A stretch of 64,000 nucleotides of DNA from the human T2T-CHM13v2.0 reference genome, Homo sapiens, in the NCBI RefSeq assembly GCF_009914755.1, contig NC_060925.1; one strand, given 5' to 3'. The position numbers and the translations under genes are program-made. Positions 28,296-42,400 of the stretch are shown in pieces (position 1 is the stretch's first letter; every line of letters begins with the position of its first letter). Under the pieces are notes generated by a model. The model was not told the DNA's origin and searched no databases. It was given only the letters and a program-made list of their open reading frames with translations.

Positions 28296-28538
28296 GATCT
28301 GCATTTTAAAAGTACTTCCAAGATGGCTCATGTTCCCAACCAGGTTTGCAATTCTTGATCTACAACAGCACTGAGAGTCCAGGACAGCTTCCTTGCTTTG
28401 CGCAGTTCTTTGCCGGGCTTGCCTTATTGCTCTGCACCCTTACAGACTGTGTGATATGCACTTACTTTTAACTGTCCAGTATTCAGTTTTTCTAGATGCA
28501 ATAATAACAAACTCTCAAGGTTGTTAAGAAGAGAAAAT

Positions 28539-28623
28539 AAAGCATGTGAAATGCAATACAATGCATTACAAAGCATGTGAAATGTAATACAACGTATTAC
28601 AAAGCATGTGAAATGCAATGCAT
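28539..28623 (+). repeat. 31-bp tandem repeat, ~2.7 copies (AAAGCATGTGAAATGCAATACAATGCATTAC)
   Basis: Units start at 28539, 28570 and 28601. Confidence 0.85.
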
Positions 28624-30987
28624 GGAGGGATGTGAGGGGCTTCCCTTGTGTGACCACCATCACTAAAAGAATGAATGGTTTAGAACTACAGGCTCACAGA
28701 GTGATGGAACACGGGGTCTTGGTGTCACAGGTGAAGGTGTGGGCTCCAGAAAGATTGAGCAACTTGCCTAATGCTTCTTAATGTGTCCCCCCATGCCCTT
28801 AAGAGTTTTGTAGTGGCTTTCCTAGGTAAAAACACTACTGAAAACAGGCTTTGAGGTGAAGAGTGGTGATAAGAGGGATTCATCTTCCCTACCTTTCTCT
28901 TAAGATGTGTTAATTGCAGGATGAGAGATACAGTCCAGCTGGGTTATCTCCTTTAGGCACAGTGGAGAAAATGATGGAGAGATCAAAGGCATGGAGTTGT
29001 GATGAGCCAGAGATATCATCAGAACAACTGTTTCCAAGAATAGGAGGGCGGTGGAGCCAAAGATCTGTTCTGCTCACCTTAGTTGGTAGAATTCATCTTT
29101 AACATCAGCAAAAAGACATGAAGTTTCACAGGAGTCAGAAAGCTCTGTCATTGTAGGCAGTGGAGTCTCCTTTCTTAGAAGATTCAGAAACATATTCTTG
29201 GGATTTTAGAAATATATTCTTATTTAAAAATATATTCTTGGGTCTGGAGGAAAATGATAGGCAAGATGATCACTCTTCATCCCTTCCTATTTTAGGATTA
29301 ACAGGCATCACTTGATGGTGACATGTGTAAATACAGGCTCCTGATAAGGTGTTTTAGCTATTGCTCCATTCACCAAAGTCAACCAAGAAGCCAGGGCAGG
29401 GCCTAGGATCCAAAGAGGGCATCGTTCCATGTGTTACATAGGAGAAGGATTGGCGAAGCTATCGGAGACAATAAATCAGGGAGTCACCCAGGCTCTAATA
29501 TGGTCTAGAGCAACCACAAGCACAGAGATCTCATAATTACCTTAGTGATCAAGATGAAAGCAACAATACTCATTTTACAAATGAAGAGACTGAGGCCCAG
29601 AAGAGGCAAGTGGCTCATAGCTGGTCAGAGTCAGGACTAGGCTTGTGCTCCAGGGATGACCTGCTGCTTCTTTCCAAGGGAGTTTTCTACAGCTGGAGAT
29701 ATTAGGGAAAAGAGGGGCCACAACACTGGTACGAGATGATATTGGTGTGCATCCCCCATCCTAAAGGAATAGAGCTCAGCATCTGGAGAATAACTGGGAC
29801 TGTAATAATAATGCTTATAGTTGTAACTGCAGCTTATGGAATATCAGTTAATTGCTGGGCACTGTGTTGGTTTCTTTTCTCACAGTAATTCTTTTAACCA
29901 CCATATTATACATGATGGGCCTACCTCTCTAGTTCACACTAAACAGATAGAATGGAGTGCCTGTTTTAAGGCCACCTAATAAAGGTGATGAGAATATGTT
30001 ATGCTGAATAGTTATTGTCCCTTTCTTCTACCCACTAATTCAGATGGGCACAGAACCATGAGGCAGGTCATTGATCATGGGTCATCACTATTTTCTGTGC
30101 TCCAAGAGAAACACAAGCAGCATTGGTCCCTCAGTGGCCCTGTTATGAATCCCATCATCCTTGGGAGGACCATAAATCCTCTCCTAGTGTGGTTTGCCAA
30201 TCAGACCCACATATGCTCCCTGCCCACAGAGATTCTGGCCCACAGGAGGACTGTTCAAGGGGTTGATTGCTCAGGCAGAAGGATAATCCTTGTTTTCCTT
30301 TCTCTCATCACTTGGGAATTAGCTTGATAAGAATCTCATGCATGCCAATGCTAGCTTGGCTGGTACCTCACCGTTTTATTAAGGGGCACACCCAAGCCAG
30401 ATGGGAATCCTTAACATTCTTGAATCTTCAGGCAGGCAGGATGGTGAGGAAGTGCATGGGCAGATGAGAGTGGAGTCCAGGAATGCACCAGCTATGCCCA
30501 GATGGCCTAGGCCAAGCAAAGATCTTCCAGTCATCTTCCAGCAATTCACCTTTTCTAGAAGCTGATTAACGAAGCTCCTCCCCCAAGTCCATCTCTGATC
30601 CTCATTAAACCATCAGGCTGGTCATTCACCATAGGCTTCAGCTTTGTAGATAACCAAATCAAAACAACTAAGACCACCTTATCCTAGTAATCTTTTTAAA
30701 ATGTAAATCTGATCATACTTCTCCCTTGTTTAAATGATCAGGGATGTCCAGTTGTCTCTGGTCAAACTTTTAAAAGCAGAATCACCCTGTTTTCACATTA
30801 AATCATATGTATGCTTCCAATATATAAAGAAGGTAAAGGTATAATTACTTTGATTGCAGCAGGGGGTAGGTACAAGGCCCCCACTGTTGTCTGCTCAGGG
30901 TCTCCTTCCCAGGCAGCCTAAATAGTCAAGGATTAATGGTATTTTTAAGTGGAGCTCAAATTTCTGGAACCCTCATATTAATGAGAT

Positions 30988-32185
<1,198 letters not shown>

Positions 32186-34519
32186 TTTCTTTCTCTCATA
32201 TTATCTCACTTGGACCATTCTCTAAGGACAAGAAAATATCTTAATTTTCTTTGAATTCACAAAACTCTGCAAGTATCAGGCACTCAACAAATGAATTAAC
32301 ATCTTTAAAGTAGCATTTGAAAAGTTACTACAAAAAAGGAGTTTCTGTGGACATAAATAATTCTTCATTATTGAACCAGAAGGTCATTGATGGGTATTAG
32401 ACCAACACAATAAAATGGTGTTTTCCAACCTTTTTAAATATACTTGTAATACTTTTTGTCAGAAATATCACAGGGAAAGAGCATCATTTTGCCTATCTCT
32501 ACAGATCTGGGCTTCAGTGGCTCAGAAGAAGAGCCAGAAGAGGCACAACCAGAAGAGAACCACATATATACACTATACTCTGCTTTGGCACAACAAGGCA
32601 AGATGTTAAGTCATTTCCTCTGATAAGTGGGAGAAACTGAATAGACTGTATGGAGTTCCTCCCTCATAATGTGACTTACTTTCAACTATCTCACACCCTG
32701 GCATAGTCAACATTCCAGCCATCATCTCCACCCTCTTCATCAAGTTCACTGCCACTTCCAATCCCAGATAAAATATATTCAGGGACAAGATCAGACCTGT
32801 GCTGAGTGTAAGCTCCGTGGAGTTCTGAGGCTCATAAATAAAAATACCTACTTGAAGATATACCTAAGATAATCTGGTCCAGCCTCTCCTGAAACCCAGA
32901 AAGAGCAGCAGAGCAGGGACCAGAGCACTGACTCACAGTGCAAAGCTCCTGCTGCTGACTCCATCCCTGGAGCAGCTTCCCACACCTGCCCCACAGGCCT
33001 GCCACTGACCTGGCCTCCCAGGCTACTCTCTCTCAAGGAGTGAAAGGAGGGGAGACCTTTGCCTCAACCACAGATCACCCATTAACTCATTAAACAAATA
33101 CTTTTGAGCACTTACATTATGTCAGATTCTGTGTAGGTGCTGGAGATAAAGAGTGAACCCATGAACACTGAGATTTCATTCTATCCAGGACGACAGATAT
33201 TGAAAAACAAATACAAGCAAGTGTTACCAGAAATACAAGGTGCCATGGGAGCATTTCATAGGAGAAACAATACAATTGAGATTGAAGGTGCAAGGATCCA
33301 GAGAAAAGGGCTAGGGATAGGTGTTGGAAAAGACAAGGGGCCACTCCTCCCCTGTAACACAGGAAGTCATGAAGGATGGCTGCAGATGTAAGTGAGCTTG
33401 AAGACTTAGGAGAAGGAAGCGGAAGTGCTTTATGTTTGACAGGAACTCTTTGCTCCATATGGTAGAGGCAGTACCATCTATCTAGAGGCAGTAGTGAAGG
33501 TTTGGAAGATTCAAGGGAGGAGAAAAGCCATGAGGTATGTGCATGGTGAATACAGGGAGGTATACGGGGATCACCAAGCCATGTTTTGGACCAGCCAAGG
33601 TGGATGATGGTGATTTTATGATGGTGTCATCCTGCCAAAATGTCTATTTTTGTTTTCATTTTTATAGCAACTAGGCACAACAGGGAGAATTCAGCCAGGG
33701 ATAAGGCTTTGCCAGTCAAATGCAGTGACAAGCCAAATGGGTAACAAAAGAAAGTTTATTATATTGGCAAAAGAGTAGTTGAAACAATGAACTAAGAAAA
33801 GTGAACTGGGTGGGGAGTGGCATGAAAAAAGGAGGGAGCTTGTGGGCAGGGGAGAGACTAGATCCTAGTGGATGTACCCAAGCAAATCCAAAAGAAGGGG
33901 CTGCTGTGAAATGGGGGCCTGAATTGATGATCTCAGAGAGTTAGAAGATATGGTTTCTAGTTCAGACTCTGCACAACTTTGAGGTCTCCATTGCCCCCTC
34001 TGGCCATATGTTCCTGACCTACGTAGAGTGGAAGTATCCTAAATCCGCTTGCAGCTGGGACTTTCTATGATGCCACATGGTTGATCAATATTTTAGGCAC
34101 TTTGGTATCTGAATCAAATACACTGAGCCCTCAGTATTGGCCCATGTGTGCTTAGATTATTGGTTCCCATCTTATTGATAATGCCTGCAGAAACCCCGAT
34201 CAGTGCCTGTGTTGATCTAACATCTGTGACTTTAGATGCCCAGTCATGTTTTGGATTCCTCCAGAAACCCTAATTTCAATTCCCAAGCTATGTCATTATA
34301 AATACCCTTCTAAGTCATGATCTTCTAATCTTTATGGAAATCCTGTGAGAGTTTATGAAGGGGAAGGATGCTCTGGGGGATCTGTTAGTGACACAGGGTG
34401 ACAAAGTGACAGAATGACAGAGCCACTGGAATGTGGGAAGTTGACATCACAACCACCTGGTTGGGAAACAGTTTTCACATCATCTGTGGCTCATTCTCTC
34501 TAGTTGAATGCAGTGTGTG

Positions 34520-34526
34520 TATAAAA
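34520..34526 (+). promoter_or_regulatory. TATA box (TATAAAA) of LCE7A
   Basis: GTATAAAAGG lies 62 bp upstream of a consensus donor AAG|GTGAGT. Confidence 0.85.
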
Positions 34527-34549
34527 GGCTCCCGCTCACAGTGTATCTA

Positions 34550-34588
34550 TCCGTAGTCCCATCGTTTGCCCAGGGTTAAGAGGACAAG
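34550..34588 (+). other. LCE7A: Predicted non-coding exon 1 of LCE7A (start approximate); intron 34589-35233
   Basis: Donor GTGAGT at 34589; acceptor ttgtttttttAG at 35232-35233; 21 nt of UTR before the ATG. Confidence 0.75.
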
Positions 34589-35254
34589 GTGAGTGTTTTT
34601 ACTGATCTGATGGCAGTTTGGGGATGACTAGGGCTGCTACACCTCCTTTTGGAAAAGCCATTCAAAGTTGGAGAGAATGGAAATTGATAATTCCAGGAAG
34701 ACCAGGCTCATGGCAATCATCGAGGTGGTTCAGAAGCAGCAAACCCAGAAGGAGTGAAGTTAACCAGAGACTGGGGCAGTGCAAGTGTTTGTAGGGCAAG
34801 AGACAGCCACGCAGGGCTGAAGAGTAGGGCTAAAGGTACAGCTCATGATGCAAGAAAGAAAAAAAGGGAGATGATGATGAGAGGTGACGTAACCATAGAC
34901 TCAGGTTAAAAATGTGGTTTTTAGAATGCATAAATTAGAAGATAGGATAATAAGTAAGTGAAGATTTGGGGGACTACATAGTGCCCTAAGCAACTGCCTT
35001 TGAAGTCAGGAGTCTTGAGAGAATCAGGCCAGGCACAAGAGAAGATGTCACCAGACTCTAACTTACTCACTGCTGAATCTCTCCTATGTCAGGAAAGCAG
35101 GGCTGCTCTGCTATTATGATGTGGCTTCTGGAGCCACATATTCAACTGTAGAATTTCGGGCTCTGTAGAAAAATGTTGATACAAACAAGGTTTACATTAA
35201 TTAGACTTTTGAAATGTTTGCATTGTTTTTTAGAGTAACTGGACTTTCTCCAAG

Positions 35255-35542
35255 ATGTCCTATCAGAAACACCAGCAGAAATGGCAGCTCCCTGCCAAGT
35301 GCCTCCCCAAATATCCATCCAAGTGGACCCCTCAGGCTCCTGCTTCATGTCCAGCTCCATGCCCCCCTCCAGCTCCCTCCTGCTGTGTTTCCAGTTGCTG
35401 TATTTCTGGCTTTGGAGGCCACTGCTCTCTAGTTTCACTCCGGTTTCCACGATTCTACCTGCGTCAGCCCCAGCATTCTGACTGCTGTGAGCACGAGTCT
35501 TCTAGATGTTCCACTTGCTATAGCTCTGGAGACTGCAGCTGA
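35255..35542 (+). CDS. LCE7A: Divergent late cornified envelope-like protein (95 aa), LCE7A
   Basis: MSYQKHQQKWQLPAKCLPKYPSK aligns to the LCE N-terminus; PAPCPPPAPSCCVSSCC; QPQHSDCC; complete gene signals; AAGATG start context. Confidence 0.88.
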   Translation: MSYQKHQQKWQLPAKCLPKYPSKWTPQAPASCPAPCPPPAPSCCVSSCCISGFGGHCSLVSLRFPRFYLRQPQHSDCCEHESSRCSTCYSSGDCS

Positions 35543-35781
35543 CCTGTGACCTTTGAGGAACCAAAGAACCACAGCCAAGGACCCGCCCTGAGTTGATGTC
35601 TTCCCTCACTCTTACCCTCCTCCTTCCTTCTCCTCCTGAACTCAGCTGCCTAGCTCCATAGGTGATGGGCTCCCCCTTTTGCTGAGAACCTCAGGCCTCT
35701 TGGCCTTGGCTGTGTTCCTAGATCAAGGAGACCTGCATGCAAAAGAAAAACCTGCTTTTTGAAGCCTGATCTGTGTGCTAA

Positions 35782-35787
35782 AATAAA
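35782..35787 (+). terminator. LCE7A polyadenylation signal AATAAA
   Basis: AATAAAGC 240 nt after the stop; the same AATAAAGC context occurs at LCE1A and LCE6A. Confidence 0.8.
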
Positions 35788-37699
35788 GCTTATCTTTCCT
35801 GGTGCCCTATATGTTTGTCGATACTCCATCCTCAGCTCTGAAAAGCTCACATTAATCTGAATTATTTAAGCAGACTCCCACAAGGTGCCAGCCAGGTGGA
35901 AATTCCTACCAAGGTAGATCTAGAGTCTGAGCTATTTGAGAAGGCTGTGAAGAGCAGCGAGTCAGAAGGGTAGAGTAGAGGGAGTTTCCAAAATGTAAGT
36001 GACCCTGTTCCACGGCTGCTGCCGCAGGTGACACCATCACAGAGTTTTCTTTCTGTTTATTGAGGACATTTTGCTGCCTAGATCCTCCTTATTTGGGAGA
36101 ATCTCATGCTCAGGAAGGAGATGGTACAGCAGTGCTTGTACCTCTCAGATCTCAGTTTCAGAAGCCATGAGAAATACTCTGCTTGAGCATATTCACTCAA
36201 CTGAGTCTTTTGCTCCATGTCTTCACACAGAAGCCAGGATGAGGGAGGAACTTGTACGTGGTCCAATCAGCACAATACCCAGGAGACTTCTGGCCTTGGT
36301 GTTGCTATCTACCCTTTTCAGATTTTTCCCTCATCTATTCAACCAGCCAAATGGCATAGGTGTAGGGCCTGCTCTTAAAGCAATGTCCTTCCTGACCCAA
36401 CAGTGGCCATGGGTCATAAGCCACAGCAATGCTTCTGTACATCCTCCAGGGCTATGGCTCTTAGCCACAATCTTGAGACACACGGTGCCTATCAGGTCAG
36501 TGGGAGACAAAGAAATAGGGTTATGGTCAGTACCCCAGAAACTGCACATATCCACAGCTTAGAATAACTAAACCATGGCTATGCTGTCAAAACATCTGGT
36601 TTCAGGCAGAGGAGTGTCACACACTTGAATGCCACCCACTAAGTATGTCCTAGCAGAAGAGAGACTGTTCCAGGCTGTCCCTTGGCCCAAAATCATTTAC
36701 TAAAGGTCATGGCTGTCCCAGGGCATCCAGGGCACTGGGAGTTCTGAGGGTAAGAATGAAGGCAGATTTCATCACCGTCCTTGACATCCCTATGCTCAGT
36801 CCAAGGAGGAGGACTTCTAGTGTTTTCCAGCCTCTGACAAAAGGAACAGTAGGGTTCCAGAGAGGTTCTTCAGGGGTTCTTGAGATTTCTATTTGTATGT
36901 ATATGTGTGTGTTTATGTGTGTTGACACATTGGAGAATATTCAGAATGCCTGTTCAAAATGTTAAATAACAGGTGACAATGATAACACCTGGGAGAGCAC
37001 CCAGCTCTCCATGTTCATCTGGGCTGTTAGTCTAACTAGTTTACTATTAGCTGATCTAAATAGTAGATTGCAGAGTAAAAATTGTGTAACGTCTTTGTGT
37101 GTATTTTTAACTTTTTAATCATAGTTATTGATTTAAGGGGAAATGTTATTTTTATCCATATTGTAGCCTCATCTTTAAAATAATATCTTCCATCTCACAT
37201 TCACTCCTTTCCAATGGAGAGCAAGTGAGTTGTCTGAGAGGTGAAATGGCAAGAGTTCTGCCTTCCTTTGTCTCTGCTTTTCTACTGTGCTCACTCTGGT
37301 TGCTGGAAGGATGTCTCTCTGTGGACCAAGTTCTATCCCAATGCAGGCTCCAAGGTTTAGACTTTGAAATAAATATTATGAAGTTCATCTTGGCAGTGGT
37401 ACAAGTTACATTTGCCAAAGCTCTGATTTATAAACTCTCTGTCTTAAACCATTCTCTTTCTCAATTGTTTAAGAGTTTGGGAAGGAAAGACATATGATTA
37501 ATTAACCCTCTCAAAAATCCCAATATTACAAAGAGTGTGACTGTGTACAGAATCCACCATTTATACATCTAGTTATGTAAAATTTTATTCACACGAAATT
37601 GTATTACAGCTCATTGCATTAAATACAATACCAGATAAGTCCAGGTGCACCAATGTCTCATGATAAATTATTTTAACAGCTATCCCCTAGTGACATGGT

Positions 37700-38890
37700 A
37701 ATATCATAGTGCAAGGCATTACTCATGTGTTTGTGGTGATGCTGGTGCAAAAAAACCTACCTGGCTCTCAGTTGCATAAAGGTATAGCACATATAATTAT
37801 GTATAGTACATAATTCTTGATAATGATAATAAATGGCTATGTTGTTGGTTTTTATGTATTCACTGGATTTTTATCATTATTTTAGAGTATACTCCCCTAC
37901 TTACATAAAAAGTTAACTGTAAGACAGCCTTAGGCAGGTCCTTCAGGAGATATCCAGAAGAAGGAAGGCACTGTTGTCATAGATGGCAGCTCCATGCATG
38001 TTATTGTCCCTGAAGACCTTCCAGTGGGACAAGATGTGGAAGTGAAATACAGTGATACTGATTATCCTGACCTGTGTAGGACTAGGCTAGTGTGTGTGCT
38101 TGGGTCTTAGTTGTTAACAAAAAAGTTTAATTTTTTAATTAGGAAGAAAACTTTACAGAATAAGGATATAAGAAAGACAATATTTTTGTACAGTTGTACA
38201 ATATGTGTTTTAAGCTGCTATTACAAAAAAGTAAAAAAGTTAAAAAAAAGTTTATAAAGTTAAAAAGTTATAGTAAACAAAGATTAATTTATCATTGAAG
38301 AAATAGATTTTGTATAAATTTAGTGTCCCCTAACTGTATAGTGTCTTTAAAGTCTGCAGTAGTGTAATTTCCTCGGCTGTCACATTCACCCTCCACTCAC
38401 TCACTAACTCACGTAGAGCAACCTCTAGTCCTGCAAGCTCCATTCATGGTAAGTGCCCTATACAAGTGTACCATTTGTATCTTTTATACTATATTTTCCT
38501 GTAAATACACTGGTGTATATACAAACTATATATATATACTGTATATATATAATTTTTATATATACTATATATATATTCCCTGTATATATAATTTATATAT
38601 AGTGTATATATATACTATATGTACTGTAGATATATTTACTATACCTTTTCTATGTTTAGATACAAAAATACTTACCATTGTGTTACTACTGCCTAAAGTA
38701 TTCAGTATAGTAACATGCTGTACAGGTTTATAGCCCATGAACAACAAGCCAGACCATACAGCCTAGGTGTGTAGTAGACTACACCATCTAGGTTTGTGGA
38801 ACTATGCTTTATGATGTTCACACAATGACGAAATCACCTAAAGATGCATTTCTCAAAATGTATCCCTGTCCTTAAGTAACACATGACACT
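37700..38890. mobile_element. Tigger3/Golem-type DNA transposon with internal (TA)n expansion (~38510-38640)
   Basis: Terminal GCATTTCTCAAAATGTATCCCTGTCCTTAAGTAACACATGACT resembles the Tigger3 TIR; internal GAAGACCTTCCAGTGGGACAAGATGTGGA motif. Confidence 0.75.
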
Positions 38891-39759
38891 ACTACTAGAA
38901 AAAAAGCCTGTTAAAAATGGCATGGTATTGGTACTGCAAGAAGGATGTTCGATGACCAGCTGATTTAGAAGTACAGTTAGGAGCATTTGCTGATAAAGAA
39001 CTTCAGAAAGACTGCAGCATGACAACAACCTCACTTCATGAATTATTCTAAGGTTGAGATCATGAAATATTTATAATAAAACTGAACAGGAGTATGCCTA
39101 TTGAGAATATTTCCATTTTGCTTATTTTTGTACAATATGGTTAAGCAAGTCAATGGAAAGATGACTGACACATGTGCAACAGAAGAAAACTTTAAATATT
39201 GAGATCAGCTTTTTAGCATATTATTGAATAAATCAGCACAATGGGATGTTTATACTGACATTGCAAAAGCAATGACAAGAAAAATTGTAGAAACTATGTT
39301 TTATATAGACATTATTGCTAAAGTGTGCTTAAGTAATTGTGTGTTGCATGAAAAACAAATGAATTTAAGAAGCTGCAGATATATTGCAAAATGATGTCTG
39401 ACAAAGCCCTTCATAAAAATTGGCTTTAAATTTTCAGCTTTTCAGTGTTATTTGTATGAAATGCGAAGACATGGGATAAGTCCTGGTCACTGGCAATAAG
39501 GGACAATGTCCTGGCAAAGATATTTCAAATGAGATAAGAAATAACCATTTTTTGTTGATAAACATCATTATGTTGATAAATATCTCATAAACATATCATA
39601 GTTACAACAGCTGGAAATTTTTGCTGATTTGTTTAATAAACTGAAAAAGCTTGTCATGTGCAATATTGCAAGGTCAATATACTTAAAGCAGCAGATAAAG
39701 TGTAAACAATCAAATGAAAACTGACTCAACACCGAAAATAAATTCAGCTTTCTGAAACA

Positions 39760-42400
39760 CTTAATCACTATTAATTCATTAAATAATTGTTTATCAAGCG
39801 CTTTTTATGGCCTAGGCATTGATCTGAGAGCTGAGGATATGGCTATAAACAAAAACAGTTCCTACTGTCATGGAGTTTAGTTTCATGGAGGCAGCAGACA
39901 ATAACTACACAATGGCTAAATATATAACATATTACATGGTACTAAATAGTATGGAAAAGAAATAAAGAAAGGCTGGGGGAACAGACAGTATGGGTGCAGG
40001 CCTGCTTGTTTATACAGGGTGGTTAGGGAAGGCTTATGAGATCAAGTATTCTTTCGTAGGAAGTGAAGAAGCAAATCACATGGATATCTGGAGAAAGAGC
40101 ACTGTTAGGCAGAGAGCACCAGGAACACAAAACTCAGTCAGGATTGTGCAAGATGCTTCGGAGGCACAGCAAAGAGGTCAGTGTGCCTGGAAGGAGGGAG
40201 TGGCTGCCTGGATTACAAGGATAAGTTGGATTCAATCTATGAGGACCTTATGGGATTTGGGCTTTTACTATGGATGACATGGGTATGCATTGGAGGGTTT
40301 GGAGCAGGGGTATGCCACTACCTAAGCTATGGGTTTTTCACTTTTATTATTTTTAATTGACACATAATAATTTCACCTATGTATGAGGTACAGTGTAATA
40401 ATTTAATACATGTATACAATGTGTAATGATCAAATCAGGGTAATTAGCATATCCATCACCTCAAACATTTATCATTTCCTTGTGTTGGAAACATTCAAAA
40501 TCCTCTTCTAGCTATTTAAAATATACAGGGAATTATGAATTATAGTCACCCTATAGTGCTAGAACACTGGAATTTACTCCTCTTATCGAGGTCTGCTTTC
40601 CATCTGTTAACCCACCTTTGGCTACCTCCCCTTCTGCTTTGTTGAGGAAAGACTAGAAGTTAAGTGCAGACCAGGGTAACCACATAGGAGGCCACCACAA
40701 TAGTCAAGGCAAGAGCTAATGGTGGCTGGGACCAGGGAATTTGTGGTGGAAGAAAATTTCAGATTCTAGATATATTTTGAAGACTGAAGCAACAGGATGT
40801 ATGGGTCTATAAGAAAAAGAGGACTCAAGGATTGCTTTCATCTGGGCAATGGGAAGGATACAGTTGCATTTTAAGAGATGAAGACTTTAGGAGTAATGAG
40901 TGTTTTTTGAGGCAGGAGGGAAGTTTTGTTTTATATGTGAGATACCTATTTCCTGTCCAAGTAGGAACTTTAAGAGACAAACTTGGATACTTAAGTCTGG
41001 AGAGAGAAGTTTGAGAATTATCAGCATATGTTTGAGACAGGATGATATCACCTAGAGAGGAAATACAGATAGAGAAGACAGGATATACAATGACTCAACC
41101 CTGGGACACTCCAATATTTGGAAATCAAAGATATGAGAAGTAACCATAAAAGAAAGTTGGGTGGGGGGTAGTGATCAGTGAGGAAGGAGGCCATCTATCT
41201 ACAAGGGAATAGGGGCCGAGCAGTCAGGTGAAGAAAGTACTGCAAGAAAGAGGTAGTGATTATGCCAGTCACGTGCTGCTGGTGGTGTCAATCACATCCA
41301 TTATATCTCGCAAAAAGCAGATCAACAGTGACCTTGACAAGAGCATTTTAGGCAAACTGGTGGGACAAAAGCTTGACTGATGAGGTTTAAAGCAGGATTG
41401 GAGACAAGGAGTACCAATAATTTAAAAAAAACTTTTGAGGAATATAATGCTTTAAAAAAATAGATAATTGAGTGTTGACTTGAAGTGGTTGTGAGACCTA
41501 GGGAGAGAGAAAAGGAGAGAGAGACAGACACCGATTTTTTTTAAGATGAGCATTATAAGTATTTTTTAGATGGAAAATACGATGTTTTGTGTGCTGATGA
41601 AACAATCCAGTATAGAGAGGAAAAACAATTATGAAGGATGGAGAGGGGAAAATTGCTGGTATGATACTCTTGGGTAGATGAGAGGGATGGAATCCAGGTC
41701 ACCAATGGAGGGTTGTCCCCAGATAGGAGCATGGACAGGTTACACATGGTAGCAAGAGGGACCACAGTAGAAAGGTAGGTGAGTAGACAAGACTATATGG
41801 ATGTTCTCTTATAACTGCTTCTGTTTTCTCAGTAACATAATAAGTATGCTCGTCATTGAAAGGGAGAAGAGTGATGGAAATGTTGGAAATTCGGGGAGAG
41901 AGACAGAGGGGCAAGAGAGACATGGATTATGCAAGCACATGATTTTAATGATAGTTTGTGGAGCTTATACTGGGTAAGAAGAGAAATGAAGACATGAAGG
42001 AGATATTGGCCAGATAAAACATTGTGGTATCAATGAATTGTAGTTTCCAGCGTATTGAAAAACTTCTCAGAGTGGGATACCAGAGCAAGTAAGTTGGAAA
42101 TACAGGAGGTTAGGTTTGGGAAATGGACTATTTGAAACTCATTTTACAGAAGGGTTGTAGTTGTTAATAATAATGACTGGTCTAGGCTGGTATGACATGG
42201 GAGTAGATGAACGTTAGGATGAAAGACAAACCAGTGAGAGGTGCAGAGGTCAAAGAATTGTGAAGTAAATTATTAAATGAATCATTTTTGTGAATATTAA
42301 AATCACCAAAGACCATGACAGAAAGTCTTGGATTGAGCAACAGTGAACAGGGTGCCAGATACTTACCTGGGGATTTGCAATGAAGAGAAGCAGTGGTTGG
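39760..42400. mobile_element. Degenerate L2 fragments
   Basis: ATTCATT...GGCCTAGGCATTG, GGAGGGTTTGGAGCAGGG and GATTCTAGATATATTTTGAAG motifs typical of L2; boundaries approximate. Confidence 0.6.
40340..40625 (-). mobile_element. L1MA-type 3' end
   Basis: ATGTATACAATGTGTAATGATCAAATCAGGGTAATTAGCATATCCATCACCTCAAACATTTATCATTTC. Confidence 0.8.

Noticed and set aside
36071-36562. 163-aa + strand ORF downstream of LCE7A
   Set aside because: TTG start, no recognisable homology or EDC-like composition
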